DNA from: Camelus ferus
Taxonomy: Eukaryota
NCBI RefSeq assembly: GCF_009834535.1
Contig: NC_045696.1
Span: forward strand, 113,214,001 to 113,278,000
Direction of reading: 5' to 3'
DNA length: 64,000 nt
Shown here: positions 50,026 through 61,197 of the stretch, one piece after another
Numbering within the stretch: the first letter of the stretch is position 1
Layout of the letters: every line of letters starts with the position of its first letter
Notes under the pieces: generated by a model
Seen by the model: the letters and a program-made list of their open reading frames with translations, nothing else
What the model was told of the DNA's origin: nothing
Databases searched by the model: none
Position numbers and translations under genes: made by a program

Positions 50026-53000
50026 AAGCAAATATTTAAATGGAAATGAGAGACAGCCTACTTAGCAGGCTGTGGTAATTCTACCCAGTCCCTGGGTTTG
50101 CAAAGCACGTTATATATACATCCCCGAATGCAGAATATGGTGTGGGGACCCAGTGCCTCATCTTGATGGTCTTTTAATGCAAACTAAACACTCATAGTTG
50201 GTGCCATGACATCCCAGCCTGCTCCACTGACCCTTTCTGAACACTTTATTATAATCTTATTTCTTTTGCCTTCTACTTTTCTAAGGTATCAGCTTGCTTT
50301 TGTGTCCTGAAATATTTGAGTCTGTTCATATCATTCTCCCTTTTCTGCTGGATGGATTTGGTTTTTATCATCTTTAAGGAAATTTCCAGAGATGAGATAT
50401 AGGTAGTCGCATTAATGGGATTTATGTTTGTTTCTTTTTGCAAAAGAACCCTTTAGGTCAGTCAATCGCTAGAATTATGGTCATCGAACACAGACTCAGT
50501 CATTCAAATCTAAACTCCCTGGAGACACACAGGCCAGTGTGTGTCTGGTTATTTTATTAACAGTTCACATGTCATTTCCTTTGATTCTACTTAATTATTC
50601 ATTTGCATCATAACTGACAAATTAAATTGATGAATCGTCTTGATGTCTAGAATATGAAATATTAAAAACCACATGTTAGCTGAGATCCTTGAAAGACCCA
50701 TACTTCATATGACAGAAGATATGATCATCTCCAGAATCTTCCTTTAGAAATAAAAATGTATTTCTACTACTGTGCACATTTGTGTCCCGTATAATCCTCA
50801 GAGCAGCAGGCTTTTTGAATGAATATTTATTTACGTTCATGCCTGCAATCAACAAGATAACATCCAATTAACTGCTGACTTCTAATGCCTCACGCAGTAG
50901 ATTCTAAAACAATTGATGAAAGTTTTAATTATAATGCAAATTTAGTCCAAGGCTGAGTAAAACAGTGAGAGTCTGAGAAGGAGATTGCACTCTTATCTGA
51001 AACATGTCAATAATTTGTTTTCTAACCTTAGATTTTCTTAACTGGGTGGATCTCAAACTCCACTGGGTATCAGAAACACCTGGAGAACTTGCTCAGTATA
51101 CAAGTGCCCTGGCCCCATCCGGCTTCAGGAAGCCTGGTCTTTCTGCCTTTAATACCGTCTCACGTGACTCTGATGCTCACCAACGTTTGAAAATTTAATA
51201 TTTTGAGATTTTTTAATCCCTCTAAAAAGACATATCTCATTGGTTTGAGTTTGGGGGAATGGAAGGATATGGACATTAGACATAGAAAAAGCAGGAAAAA
51301 AAAAAAAAAAGAAATAGCAGAAAATCCCTGAAAACCATCACTGCCAAGCAAATGTGGAGGTGACAGTTCACAGCCTCCCAGGCAGAATTTAAGGAGCCTG
51401 TCTCATCCCTCTTTGGGAATGGCGTAGGAATTAAATGTGCCCGCTGTTCCCGGGAGGATCCTCCTTAAACAAACCCCTCTTGAGTTTTCCCATGACCCAG
51501 CCAGGGCTTTTCAGTCCCCAGATTTTCCAGCAGAGCCCCGACCAATAAACCTGCCGTTAAGCAACTGAATATCATTATCATGAATGTAATTACAGACAGT
51601 AATTCTGAGCTCATAAATGCCTCCCACGAATGGAGCCCGTTCCCCAAACCACCACAGCTTCTTTTCTCAGGAAAACAGAGGGCGATCCTATCCCCTACCT
51701 CACCCCACACATAGCCTCCCTTGCTTAGAAGAAATCCCTGCTCTTGCTGGCGCAGGGGACAGGCTGAGTGGGCTTTAACCAGCTGTGCTTTGGGGATGAC
51801 TGTCCCCTTGGGTGGAGTCACTCTCAGCATCTCATCCACGCATGTTGCCCAGCTCCATTCACTAGGAAGCTGCGACTACCCAGTTTGGCTGTATTTCTTA
51901 ATTTCTGTTCAGGCAGGGGAATGAATACCAAATATTAAGAATTTCTGCAGAAAAAACAAATGTTGGAGGCTCTACAAAATACTATGATAACCTGAACATG
52001 ACTTAAAATGGAGCTTTACACAGTGCGAGGTACCAAAGATTTAGAGTCCCTGAAAATAGAGTAGACACCATAGAAGCACGCATGGGCGAGAAGGCTTTTC
52101 ACGTCTGTAGAAACAAAATAAATCTCTCTGGGCCCAGAACTGACCCTTGCATTCAGTGGCTTTATATTTAGATCATGAAAACCTCAACCCCTCCTGGATA
52201 ATAGGTACCTGCAAGGATTCTACATAGATATGTGTAGTCCAAAATGCAATCCAGTCTCCCAAGATCTTAATCTGTTGTTTTCCTTTCATGGAAAGTGAGA
52301 CTAAGTGTCTGTAATTGCACCAGTAGCCGGCACAGCTGGGTCCAGACCTTTCTGATTCGCCACGCATCAAACAGCGGCATGTAAACTGAGGAGAAAGATC
52401 CCAGGTCTGGGTAACTCACCTCTCCCGATGCCCCTTACACAGGGTGAATTTTCATGGCTCTTTTCTGAATAAGATCAAACATTACCTCCAAAAGTATTGT
52501 AAGATTTTTTTTTTAAAGGGGATCGTTGCTTACTGGCCGAGTTAGGATATTGCAAATTGCAGCATTTCCACTTACTGTGATGGAGAAATCGTGTGTTAGC
52601 TATTCCTCTATTGTCATAGTCGCTCACAGTCTTCTCCTGTGCTAGAAATCAAGTGTATGGGTACCAGGATTTCCACCCAGTAACCCAAAGACCAGGAAGG
52701 ATAAATGCAGCTTCCAAAAGGGGCTGAGGACAGATGAGATGCTTAGAGAAACCACCCTCCCCCACATCCCTGGAGACATCTAGTAGCTTTACAGAGGGTG
52801 CTTGTGAAAACCTGAAACATGTTTAAGCCTTGCAGTAAATAATTTAAAATTCATTTTAAATGTTGGAAAGCAGCTTTAAATTCCCAGTTACTCTGCACAG
52901 AGCAGGATGGACTTGTCTCTCTGATGCACATACGTATGGTCCTTTATTTCAACGTAAAAGAAAATGTCACTTATAAATTGCTGTCTTTCGATCACTGTTT

Positions 53001-54058
53001 ATAATCACTTTAAAAGTAGAACTCTATTTATGTTAGTTTTTTTCTTTTGCTTTTGCATTTTGACAGACCTTAGCCTAAGAATTTCTGGAAATACAGATGG
53101 CCAGATGACCTCTGTGTTTTAATGTGAATGCATCTACAAGTCTATATATTAGCTTGTTTGTTTTCACTCTCTACTTCATTTCCACGTTCAGTAAAGTTAT
53201 TCAGGGAGGTATAACGTGCCACCAGGGAAGGTTAGCATGAGAAAGTTATATTCATTATATTATTCTGGTTTTTTCCTCATTTTCTAGAGAGCAGACCTTC
53301 AAGCCCCTATAAACTGAATAGAGAAAACAATACTATATACATAAGCCATTGACTGCCTTTACTTCAACCAAAGAGATTTGGGGTCTTTCATTCTATGATT
53401 AGGGTTGTAAATTGCCCCACACTGAAGCACTATCTGCTCTTTTCAGCTGATCTCACCGCCTGTTTGGGACGACACTGAAACCACCCACACAGTTTCTCTT
53501 CCCGCTGTTGTAGGCTCTGGGGAGTGGAGGGTAGCAAGGAGAATGGACTTGTCAGTCTTGCGCAGCCACGTGGCATGTCCCACTTAAGGAACAGGGTGCC
53601 CCTCAGGTCAGCCTGTGATAAAACCCAAGTCAAACCAGGCCGAACCCTGCACGTTTTATGTCCTGAGGCTCTGAAAAGTGTCCACGGCCAGCCCTGACCC
53701 TCAAGACCTCAAATGGTCATCTAAGCAGTCACATAAATGGGTGTCAACTTGCTCCAGGGTCATTGCTGTTGGAGCGGGACGGGCAAGAGGGCAGCCTTCC
53801 CGTGGGGACGCTGATGTCTTTCTAGGCACTAAAAGCCAGGGGGGAGGTGTTGATTACTCCGACAGGCAATCCAGCTGCGGTGGCCACATGCCCGAGGCTG
53901 GTACCCCCCTGCATCTTACCACTGCCGTCAAGCGGAGGGCCATGTGAACCCGGTCAGCCCGAAAGAATTGGGAAACAACTTGCCTTCCAAAGCTCTCCAA
54001 CTCAACCCAGTCTTGGCCATGCCAACAGCTCGTCATCTCCTGTGTTTCAACCCTCCAG

Positions 54059-54320
54059 AAAATGGCCTTCCAGCCTGGGACAAGCCGAAGCGTTGTCCGG
54101 ACCGCGAGCAGGACTGGAAGCTGGTGGGCATGTCCGAAGGCTGCCTGCGCAGGAAAAGCCCCCCGGAGAGGCGCAGCTCGCTGAAGAATGAACAGTCGTC
54201 GCCGCATCTCATCCAGGCGCCCTGGACCAGCTCCATCTTCCATCTGGACCAGGACGATGTGAGCGATCCGAGTGTCCCAGGTGCCCAGACCTTCCAGACA
54301 GGAAGAGAAGAAGTGTAAAG
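54059..54320 (+). CDS. THRB: THRB TRbeta1-specific A/B-domain exon ([28 protein letters not shown]...[24 protein letters not shown] / EEKKCKG), with an apparent +1 frameshift near 54300
   Basis: Acceptor ccctccag|AAAATGGC at 54058/54059 and donor TGTAAAG|GTAACC at 54320/54321. The peptide is colinear with recalled mammalian TRbeta1 residues ~8-95. The terminal EEKKCKG appears only in a shifted frame (ORF 54272..54487). Confidence 0.95.
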
Positions 54321-54664
54321 GTAACCAGATTTTTGTTAGACGGTATCCAGGGTTGCAGCAAGGAAACGAGCTCTTGTTGTGTGTGCGCTCGACTCCTGGA
54401 CTCCGTGCGCGGTGTCTGTGGGCTCCCCAGCTGCTCTCTTTCCAAGTTTCTTTATCCCCGAATCTTCTTTTAAACGTAAATAAATAAGTGGGTTCCAAAG
54501 GAAAGCAATTCATTTCAGTTTCATATTGTGTTGGGGTGCTTGGGGAGACATTTTTATTTCTCTAATTAGCAGGAGGGTTGTTAGTTTTGGCTTTAATTCT
54601 GTTTTCGAATCTGAGTAGAAACAGACATTGCTATCATTGCATAACTACTTGCTTTGCAGCGCAC

Positions 54665-54676
54665 GTGTGTATGTGC

Positions 54677-54708
<32 letters not shown>

Positions 54709-54720
54709 ATGTGTGTCTGT
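54665..54720. repeat. Imperfect (TG)n microsatellite
   Basis: gtgtgtatgtgcgtgtgtgcgtgtgt... Confidence 0.9.
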
Positions 54721-55595
54721 GGCCATTACTTTTCCCAGTTGTGCCTGTAGCTAATGGGATCTCACAGTCCACCTTTAACCTAAGTAGACAATTCATGTTC
54801 AAAAGAGAGGTCTGAAGTTGTTTTCTTTTACTCATTAAGTCCTGTGTCATCATCCTGAAAGGCAAGATTATGGTGTTAGGGGGTTGTCACCTCATGACAA
54901 AATGTTCAACTGGCCTAAGTTCCTGATTGCATTAGATTTAACTGGTCTTTACCTCAGGTCCCCTCCGCCCTGACAGATGTCTTGGTGCTGATCGCTTTAT
55001 TGTCTTAGGGCTCCCCAAAATCTTTGCTTCTTAAATCAATTTGTGTCTTTAAAAGTCCAAGTTCATGCGACTCCCCATTCTTCAATTTAGCATTTTTAAA
55101 AGTAAGGTCTTTGTCCATTTTCTTTAAGGACTTTGACTCATGATAAAGGTTTAAATGGTGTGTATAAAAACCTGGCAATCACATACCAAGATACATTCAT
55201 GAAAGTTTGTAAGGACTTCTATATAGGACCCATGAAGGACTTTTGCAAACTGTTCTAACTTGAACATAAACACATGACTGAATTTATCCATCTCAAAAAA
55301 CTGCTGGTCCTTGAGCTTTCCCGAAGACACTTCAAAGGCTCCTTGGAACCAGCAGTTGACCTGGGAAGTTGCATGTGCAGATTGTTTCCGATGAAGATAG
55401 GATTATCTAAAAATAATAATAAAATAGCGGTATGAGCTCTGATTTGAACACAGTCAAAACTGTGTTCTCTTCGGGAGGGTTTGTGTTGGAATTGTCCCTC
55501 ATCTATATTATATAAAAGATTTGAGAAATTGAAAAGGATATTTAGAAAAAGAGTAAAAAAGTTTTTTTCAAAGGAGTCAGAATATAGTACAGGGG

Positions 55596-55622
55596 GTGTG
55601 TGTGTGTGTGTGTGTGTGTGTG
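55596..55622. repeat. (TG)n microsatellite
   Basis: Perfect TG run. Confidence 0.95.
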
Positions 55623-55881
55623 CACATTTACTTCAAATACAATTGAGAGTGAGTCTTAGAATTTGTAACCAGGTTGTATCTTTAGATTTTATGAGCTGGC
55701 ATCAGAACCATGTCACTCTTTGGTTTATAGTGAAGTGTCTTGGGTTTACAGGAAACTGCAGTGTCCTCATGATCTAAGGACCTCACAAGCTAAATCTGAT
55801 TTATTCACAATTGGTATTCATTCATTCATTCCTAGGGCCCATCTATGTCTCCGTCTTTTGTGAGAAATCTTGGCCTTGGGG

Positions 55882-56028
55882 TTTTTTTTTTTTTTTTTGT
55901 GGAGGGGTTTGCCAGGGGTAGGTAATTAGATTTATTTCTTTCTTTATTCTTAGAGGAGGTACTGGGGATTGAACCCAGGACGTCATGCATGCTAAGCATC
56001 CTCTCTACCACTTGAGCTATACCCTCCC
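55882..56028 (-). mobile_element. Vic-1-like SINE (antisense)
   Basis: Poly-T, ggtaattag, gaggtactggggattgaacccagga, gagctataccctccc. TSD-like tggccttgggg / tggcctggggt. Confidence 0.92.
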
Positions 56029-56582
56029 TGGCCTGGGGTATCTAGAGTTCTCGACACTCTACACTTTCCAGTTTGTTGATTCACCTTGAAAGCAAAAAGA
56101 AAGAGTTGCTATTTGGATTCAAGACCCTGAGTATGATCCAGTGGGGAAGACCACAGATTTTTGAGTCTGACGTATTTGGGCTAGAACCCAAGCCCTTCTA
56201 CTTTCTGTCCTTGAGCAAACCTATGGCATTATTGATAGAACTGAATAAGGTAATGTATTTATTTAAGCACTTGGCATGCTACTTCTCACGTGATGCTGTC
56301 TAAACAGCAGCTTTCTTCTTACTGTGATCATTATTATTAGCCATGCATCATTAAATCACAAATCTTCCCTTGGCTGCGCTGTGCACCTGGTAAAGGATGG
56401 CAAAGGAAACCAGGACAGTTGAGTGTGGGGTGAGAGGTGATGTTTCGGGCAGGATTAGGCTTGATAATCCACTTTGGATTCATTTAGCTCTCTTTTGCTG
56501 AAAGTCAGAGAATTGTTTAATATGAAAATATAATGAAATTATTAAAGTCCTTCCACAGGATTCTAGTTTTAAAAGGAAAACA

Positions 56583-56685
56583 GAGGGAAGGAAATAGCTC
56601 AGTAGCAGAGCACGTGCTTAGCATGCACAGTGTCCTGGATTTAATCCCCAGTACCTCCATTAAAAAAAAAGTAATAATTAAAAAA
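56583..56685 (+). mobile_element. Vic-1-like SINE (short form)
   Basis: tagctcagtagcagagcacgtgcttagcatgc...atccccagtacctcca plus A tail; TSD aaaaggaaaaca. Confidence 0.9.
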
Positions 56686-57227
56686 AAAAGGAAAACAACT
56701 GAGGTAATTTCCAGAGCAACCAGGGTTCATGTTGGCAAGGAGGTGAGGCAGGTGCCTTATTTCAGCATGAAGATGCTCGGAACCTATGCTGTCATGGCCA
56801 AAACCTCATTAATTGCATTTCACTCATTCCCAGTGGACACCTGCCTTTGGTGAGGGAGCAGTGAGGCAGGGGAAACAACTTGACTGATTGCTCTTTTCTT
56901 TTTGGTGTTGGCCCCCCTCCATCTACTCTGCTTTCATGCTACCTCCATACATTCTCTGTGAGCAGAGCTCTGTTTTGCTGGGCATTTATTTCCTGGCCCT
57001 CTCTCCAGCCCCCCAAGCACATCTGCTTTCTTATTTTTGGGCTACAATCCCATGCATGCATCCCATCACTGTGTATTAAGTGCCTACTCTGTGCAGGACA
57101 TCGTCCTTCATGTCCTGGAAGAAATAGCAGCAGAACCAAAAATATCTCCAAGTAGCCCCATTTCAAGGACCCCCCCCAAATATAATTGGACTCTTAAAAT
57201 GACCCTTAAAGGATACAAAAAGTGCAG

Positions 57228-57470
57228 GGGGTCAGGGATAAATTAGGAGTTTGGGATTCGCAAATACAAATTCCTATATACAGAATAGATAAACAACAAG
57301 TTCCTGCCGAAGAGCACAGGGAACTATATTCAATAGCTCGTAATAACCTATAATGGAAAAGAATCTGAAAAAGAATATACATATATATGTATAACTGAAT
57401 CACTGTGCTGTACACCTGAAACTAACACAACAATGTAAATCAACTATGCTTCAATTAAAAAAAAAAAAAG
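57228..57470 (+). mobile_element. L1 3' end with poly-A
   Basis: agggataaattaggagtttgggatt...gcacagggaactatattcaat...aaatcaactatgcttcaattaaaaaaa. Confidence 0.92.
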
Positions 57471-58284
57471 AATCTGCAGTGTGGGAGCTCAAAGAACAAA
57501 TAGACTCCCTGAAGTTGTGCAAAAGCCCATCTCCCAGATCAGTAATCTGCCCGGTCTAGACCAGTGCACCTCCAAGCATGGCTGGGGGCTCTTATGCAAA
57601 CTGTTACTTCCTACCTCTCTCTCTCTGTTGATGCAGGTAGAGAAACTGAGAGGAAGCTTTAGAAGTGTCCTAGGCAAGTAGCACTGCCACTGGCATTCAA
57701 ATGCATGATCTGTGGTTTCATCTCACTAAACAGGGTAGAGTCCAGCTGGGTACTGTCAAACCCGCCTGGTCAGCCACTCAGGGCCAGAGCTATGCAAAAG
57801 TCTTGTTTAGCAAATCCCGCGTATTGGGCCATGATGGACTGGCTATTTTTTAAATGGTCCTTCACTTCAAGTTGTCTGAGATTTGCTGATTTACTCTTTA
57901 CAGCATTCTTAATGTTTTTCTTTAGACTGATTTTTGGTGTGTACCTAATGTCTTGTTTTTCGTTTTGATCTGAATACCGCGGTCATTTTAGTCTGCATAT
58001 ACGTGTGCTCCTCTGTGCTCCAGTCATTCTAAGGAAATTAACTGGTAACCCATTTCAATGAATGGAGAGCCCTAGAGCCCTGACATTCTGCTGCAGATCC
58101 CACAATTCAAATCTGTTCTAGGACCAGAGGCTATTTCCAACCGGAAGCAAGTGACCCCACTCCCTTCCCCAAGCCACCTTCCTACCACAACGCCACCCCT
58201 CCCTTGAGTTTTTGTCACAACTTGAACTGACTGCTCATCCCCATACTCCCGCCCACCTCCCCTCTTCCCAGAGTCTGAGATGAT

Positions 58285-58420
58285 GCTCAAAGTTGACCAG
58301 CCAGGGGCACTAGCAGCTCCTGGACCTTCTTAGAAATGCAGAATCTTGGGCCCCAGCCCAGACTACTGAATTGGAAGCTCTGGAAAGGGGCCCAGGAATC
58401 TGAGTGATTCTTGAGTATCA
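58285..58420. mobile_element. MER5-family hAT element
   Basis: ttagaaatgcagaatcttgggccccagcccagactactgaatt...ggggcccaggaatctg. Confidence 0.75.
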
Positions 58421-58468
58421 GAAAGTGCCTGAGAATATGCACAAGTCTTAGTACTGGTAAAGGAAGGG

Positions 58469-58487
58469 GTCTGCCACCTAGTGGACA
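58469..58487 (-). promoter_or_regulatory. Candidate CTCF site
   Basis: ctgccacctagtggaca (reverse complement tgtccactaggtggcag) closely matches the CTCF core consensus. Confidence 0.65.
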
Positions 58488-60199
58488 CAGGGGGATGTGC
58501 CCTTTTTCTTCCCTTCCTTGAGTGCACCTGGGGAGCCTTCTGTGTCTCCCTATTCCTGATTAGCCCTTCCTTTAGGCCTGGCTTATTTTAATTGCCAAAT
58601 GAGTATTCTGCTTAATCACTTAGCCTAGTGACACATCCCTTTGGGACCTGAGCTCTTCTGAGATTCCCACTCTGTTTGGCTGGATCCCTGTTCCTCATCC
58701 AAGTTCTTACAAAGCTTCTCCACTGAACCCTCTCATGCACTTTTGGTCTTCTCTCCAGGAACCGCAGGTCCCACCAGTCCCACAAGGATGGGTCCGAGAC
58801 AGATGCACGTGCCCCTGTAGCTAGCTGGACCTTGCCAGCCTCTGCTGAACCCAGGCAGTCAGACCTCCACACTTGCATGTTTGCCCTTGAGGTCAACCAG
58901 GGACCTTCCTGAAACACTGGAACCTGGTGGGAGAAACAAGGCAGGGAATGACCCACCTCCCTGGTTACATCAGAAAAAATATCAATCTGGTGATTGCACT
59001 GAACTTTCTCCGTGGGTCTGCTCTGTGGTTAAAACCAAGAGAATTTCATCTCAGATGCCCAGGAAGGCAAGAAAAGATAGTCAAAATCATCTTACTAAAA
59101 AGTTACTTTTTCTCACTATAAAAGCTTCCCATGTACAAAAAGTGAAAATTTCCCAAAAGTTTAAAAAAAGGAAACTTTTTAAAATCATCAGTAATTCCAT
59201 CCTCCAAAGACAAGCGGTATAAAAATCTTTATTATATTTCAGTCTTTTTTTCTGTGCATATCTGTTTTTTACAAACTTGGAATCACCCTAGGCATACCAT
59301 TTTTAACCAGCTGTTAATGCTTAAACATACATCCTGTTCCCTTGTCGTTAAATATTCTTCTGAATCCTGACTTCTATTGGCTGTAGATTATTCTTGCTTA
59401 TAGATATACTATAGTTTATTAAAACTGTCCCCAAGATTTAGATGAGTTAAAGTAATTTTTAAAACAATATCTTATGTGAGCAAAAGCACAGACTATTAAC
59501 TCATGGTCTTCATAAGGAAGAAAACAAATGAATCAAATCACCGATGACCGTTTTAAATGATGTAAATTCTCATTTACCCAAATAACAAAGGGTTCTCAAA
59601 ATGAGAGACGCAAAGTCAAGTCTGTGTGCATTATAATCTTTCAAGTTAGACAGTCACATTTTCAGCAGGGGATTGCTATCTTTGTCCTTGAGAAAAATAC
59701 AAGGACATCTTCAGGTAAATGAGTACTTTAGAAGGTGGAGGATTAAAAAGCTTGAGCCCTCCAGTAGTAGACCATCTGCTCCATCCATTTCCACTCTTCT
59801 CTCTGCCCCCTGCTCCCCACCCATCAGGGAGGGCGGTCCCTGCTGAGAGCGCCAGGTGTGATTCGTCTACCTCAAGGCACTGGGGAGCAGCCTTAGCGTC
59901 AACGGGAGAGTAAGTGCTCTCCACCAGCTTCTGGGATATGCTAGAGAGCACTGAGACTTGATCCTTCAAAGGCAGGGAGGTGCGCCCATAAGGAGCCCAG
60001 GGCAGGTAGAAATAGAAGGGCCAGAAAAGAAAAGAAAAAAAAAAAGCCATCAGTTGGAGAGAAGGGGAGGGGAAGCTGGGAACAGCAATGTCAAAGGAAG
60101 GCAAACCTCAGCAATTCAGGGCTCTATTCTACCCAATTTCGGTTTTCACTGAGATGCATCATGGCGCGGTGGGGGGACCACGAGCTTTGCAAGGTCAAT

Positions 60200-60650
60200 T
60201 CCGCAGCCATCTATTATAATGTAAAATGCAGACATGCTTTGACCCAGCTGTCATTCTTAGAATAGTCCGTCCAGTGGAAGTACTCACACAAGGGCGCAAA
60301 GATCTGTGTTCAAAAGTTTTCTTTGCACCTTTGTTTATATTACTGAAAGATTGGAATGCTCAAATAAATGATGGTCTATTTAAAGCAGCTACTAGAAAAC
60401 ATATTTTTCAACAAGGGTGGTTTTAGCAAAATGTAATGGAAAAGCAACCATTCATTTAGTATGATCCCAGATATAGTTTTAAAAGTCTATAGTTGCGTGT
60501 GCACACATAGAAAAAGTTTCCCGGATACACATCACCCTTGTGACAGTAGATACCTTAAAAAGGAAAGAGTGAAATGAAAAAAGATGGTAATATTAACTCG
60601 ACACACAGCGGCAGACATTTTTTACAGTAAGAATGTATTAGTGAATAACT
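60200..60650 (+). mobile_element. Decayed L1M-type 3' fragment
   Basis: tttgacccagc...gaagtactcacacaag...tgttcaaaagttttctttgcacctttgtttat. Confidence 0.55.
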
Positions 60651-61197
60651 TGTGTCTTTTTTTTATGTTAAGATCTTATGCTTTACAGTCAGACAAGCTT
60701 AGGTTGGCTTTATACTCTTTAATTTATGCACTCAGGGCAAATTTTTTTTAACTTCTTTGACCCTGAGTCCACTTAATATTAAATGAGGTAATAATACCCA
60801 GGTTTCAGATTTGCTGTAAAGATGAAAGATAATGTATGTAAAGCATAGTGCCTGCCACTTAGAGACTAAATGATACCTGTTCCTCAAATGTGAACAGTCT
60901 GTTAGCCTGGTGTCCCCTTCCTCCAGTTTTTGTCACCGTTTTGCGCCTTGAAACCAGTTGACAAACGGTATAAACATTCATGAAGGGAAGCAGAGCAAAC
61001 CATCACGCACACAGCTGCAGGAGAGGCGTGAGCCACCAGAAGGAGAATCCGCAGCAACAACCAAGCTATTATGAAACCTTTGAAAAAAAAGTTTAAGAAA
61101 TTAAATAAGAAACTAAGAAAAGTACGAAGGAGCTGAAATGTAATTTGCACCAGGCAGCCTGGCTCTAGCATCAGAGCTCTTTACCATTAAATTATTA

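Larger units (their letters stand above)
23918..54058 (+). other. THRB: THRB intron (~30.1 kb, GT...AG, phase 1) between the two TRbeta1 N-terminal coding exons
   Basis: GT at 23918 and AG at 54057-54058. The spliced product reads MTPNSMT-E-NGL without a gap. Confidence 0.9.

Noticed and set aside
53944..54058. N-terminal part of the 124-aa ORF ([10 protein letters not shown]...), including an in-frame ATG near 54020
   Set aside because: This is an intronic open frame upstream of a good acceptor. It starts at GTG and does not resemble TRbeta1 or TRbeta2 N-termini; the real upstream codons come from 23896-23917.
53854..54513. 219-aa antisense ORF over the THRB exon
   Set aside because: Expected by-product of a GC-rich coding exon with few antisense stops; no recognisable domain.
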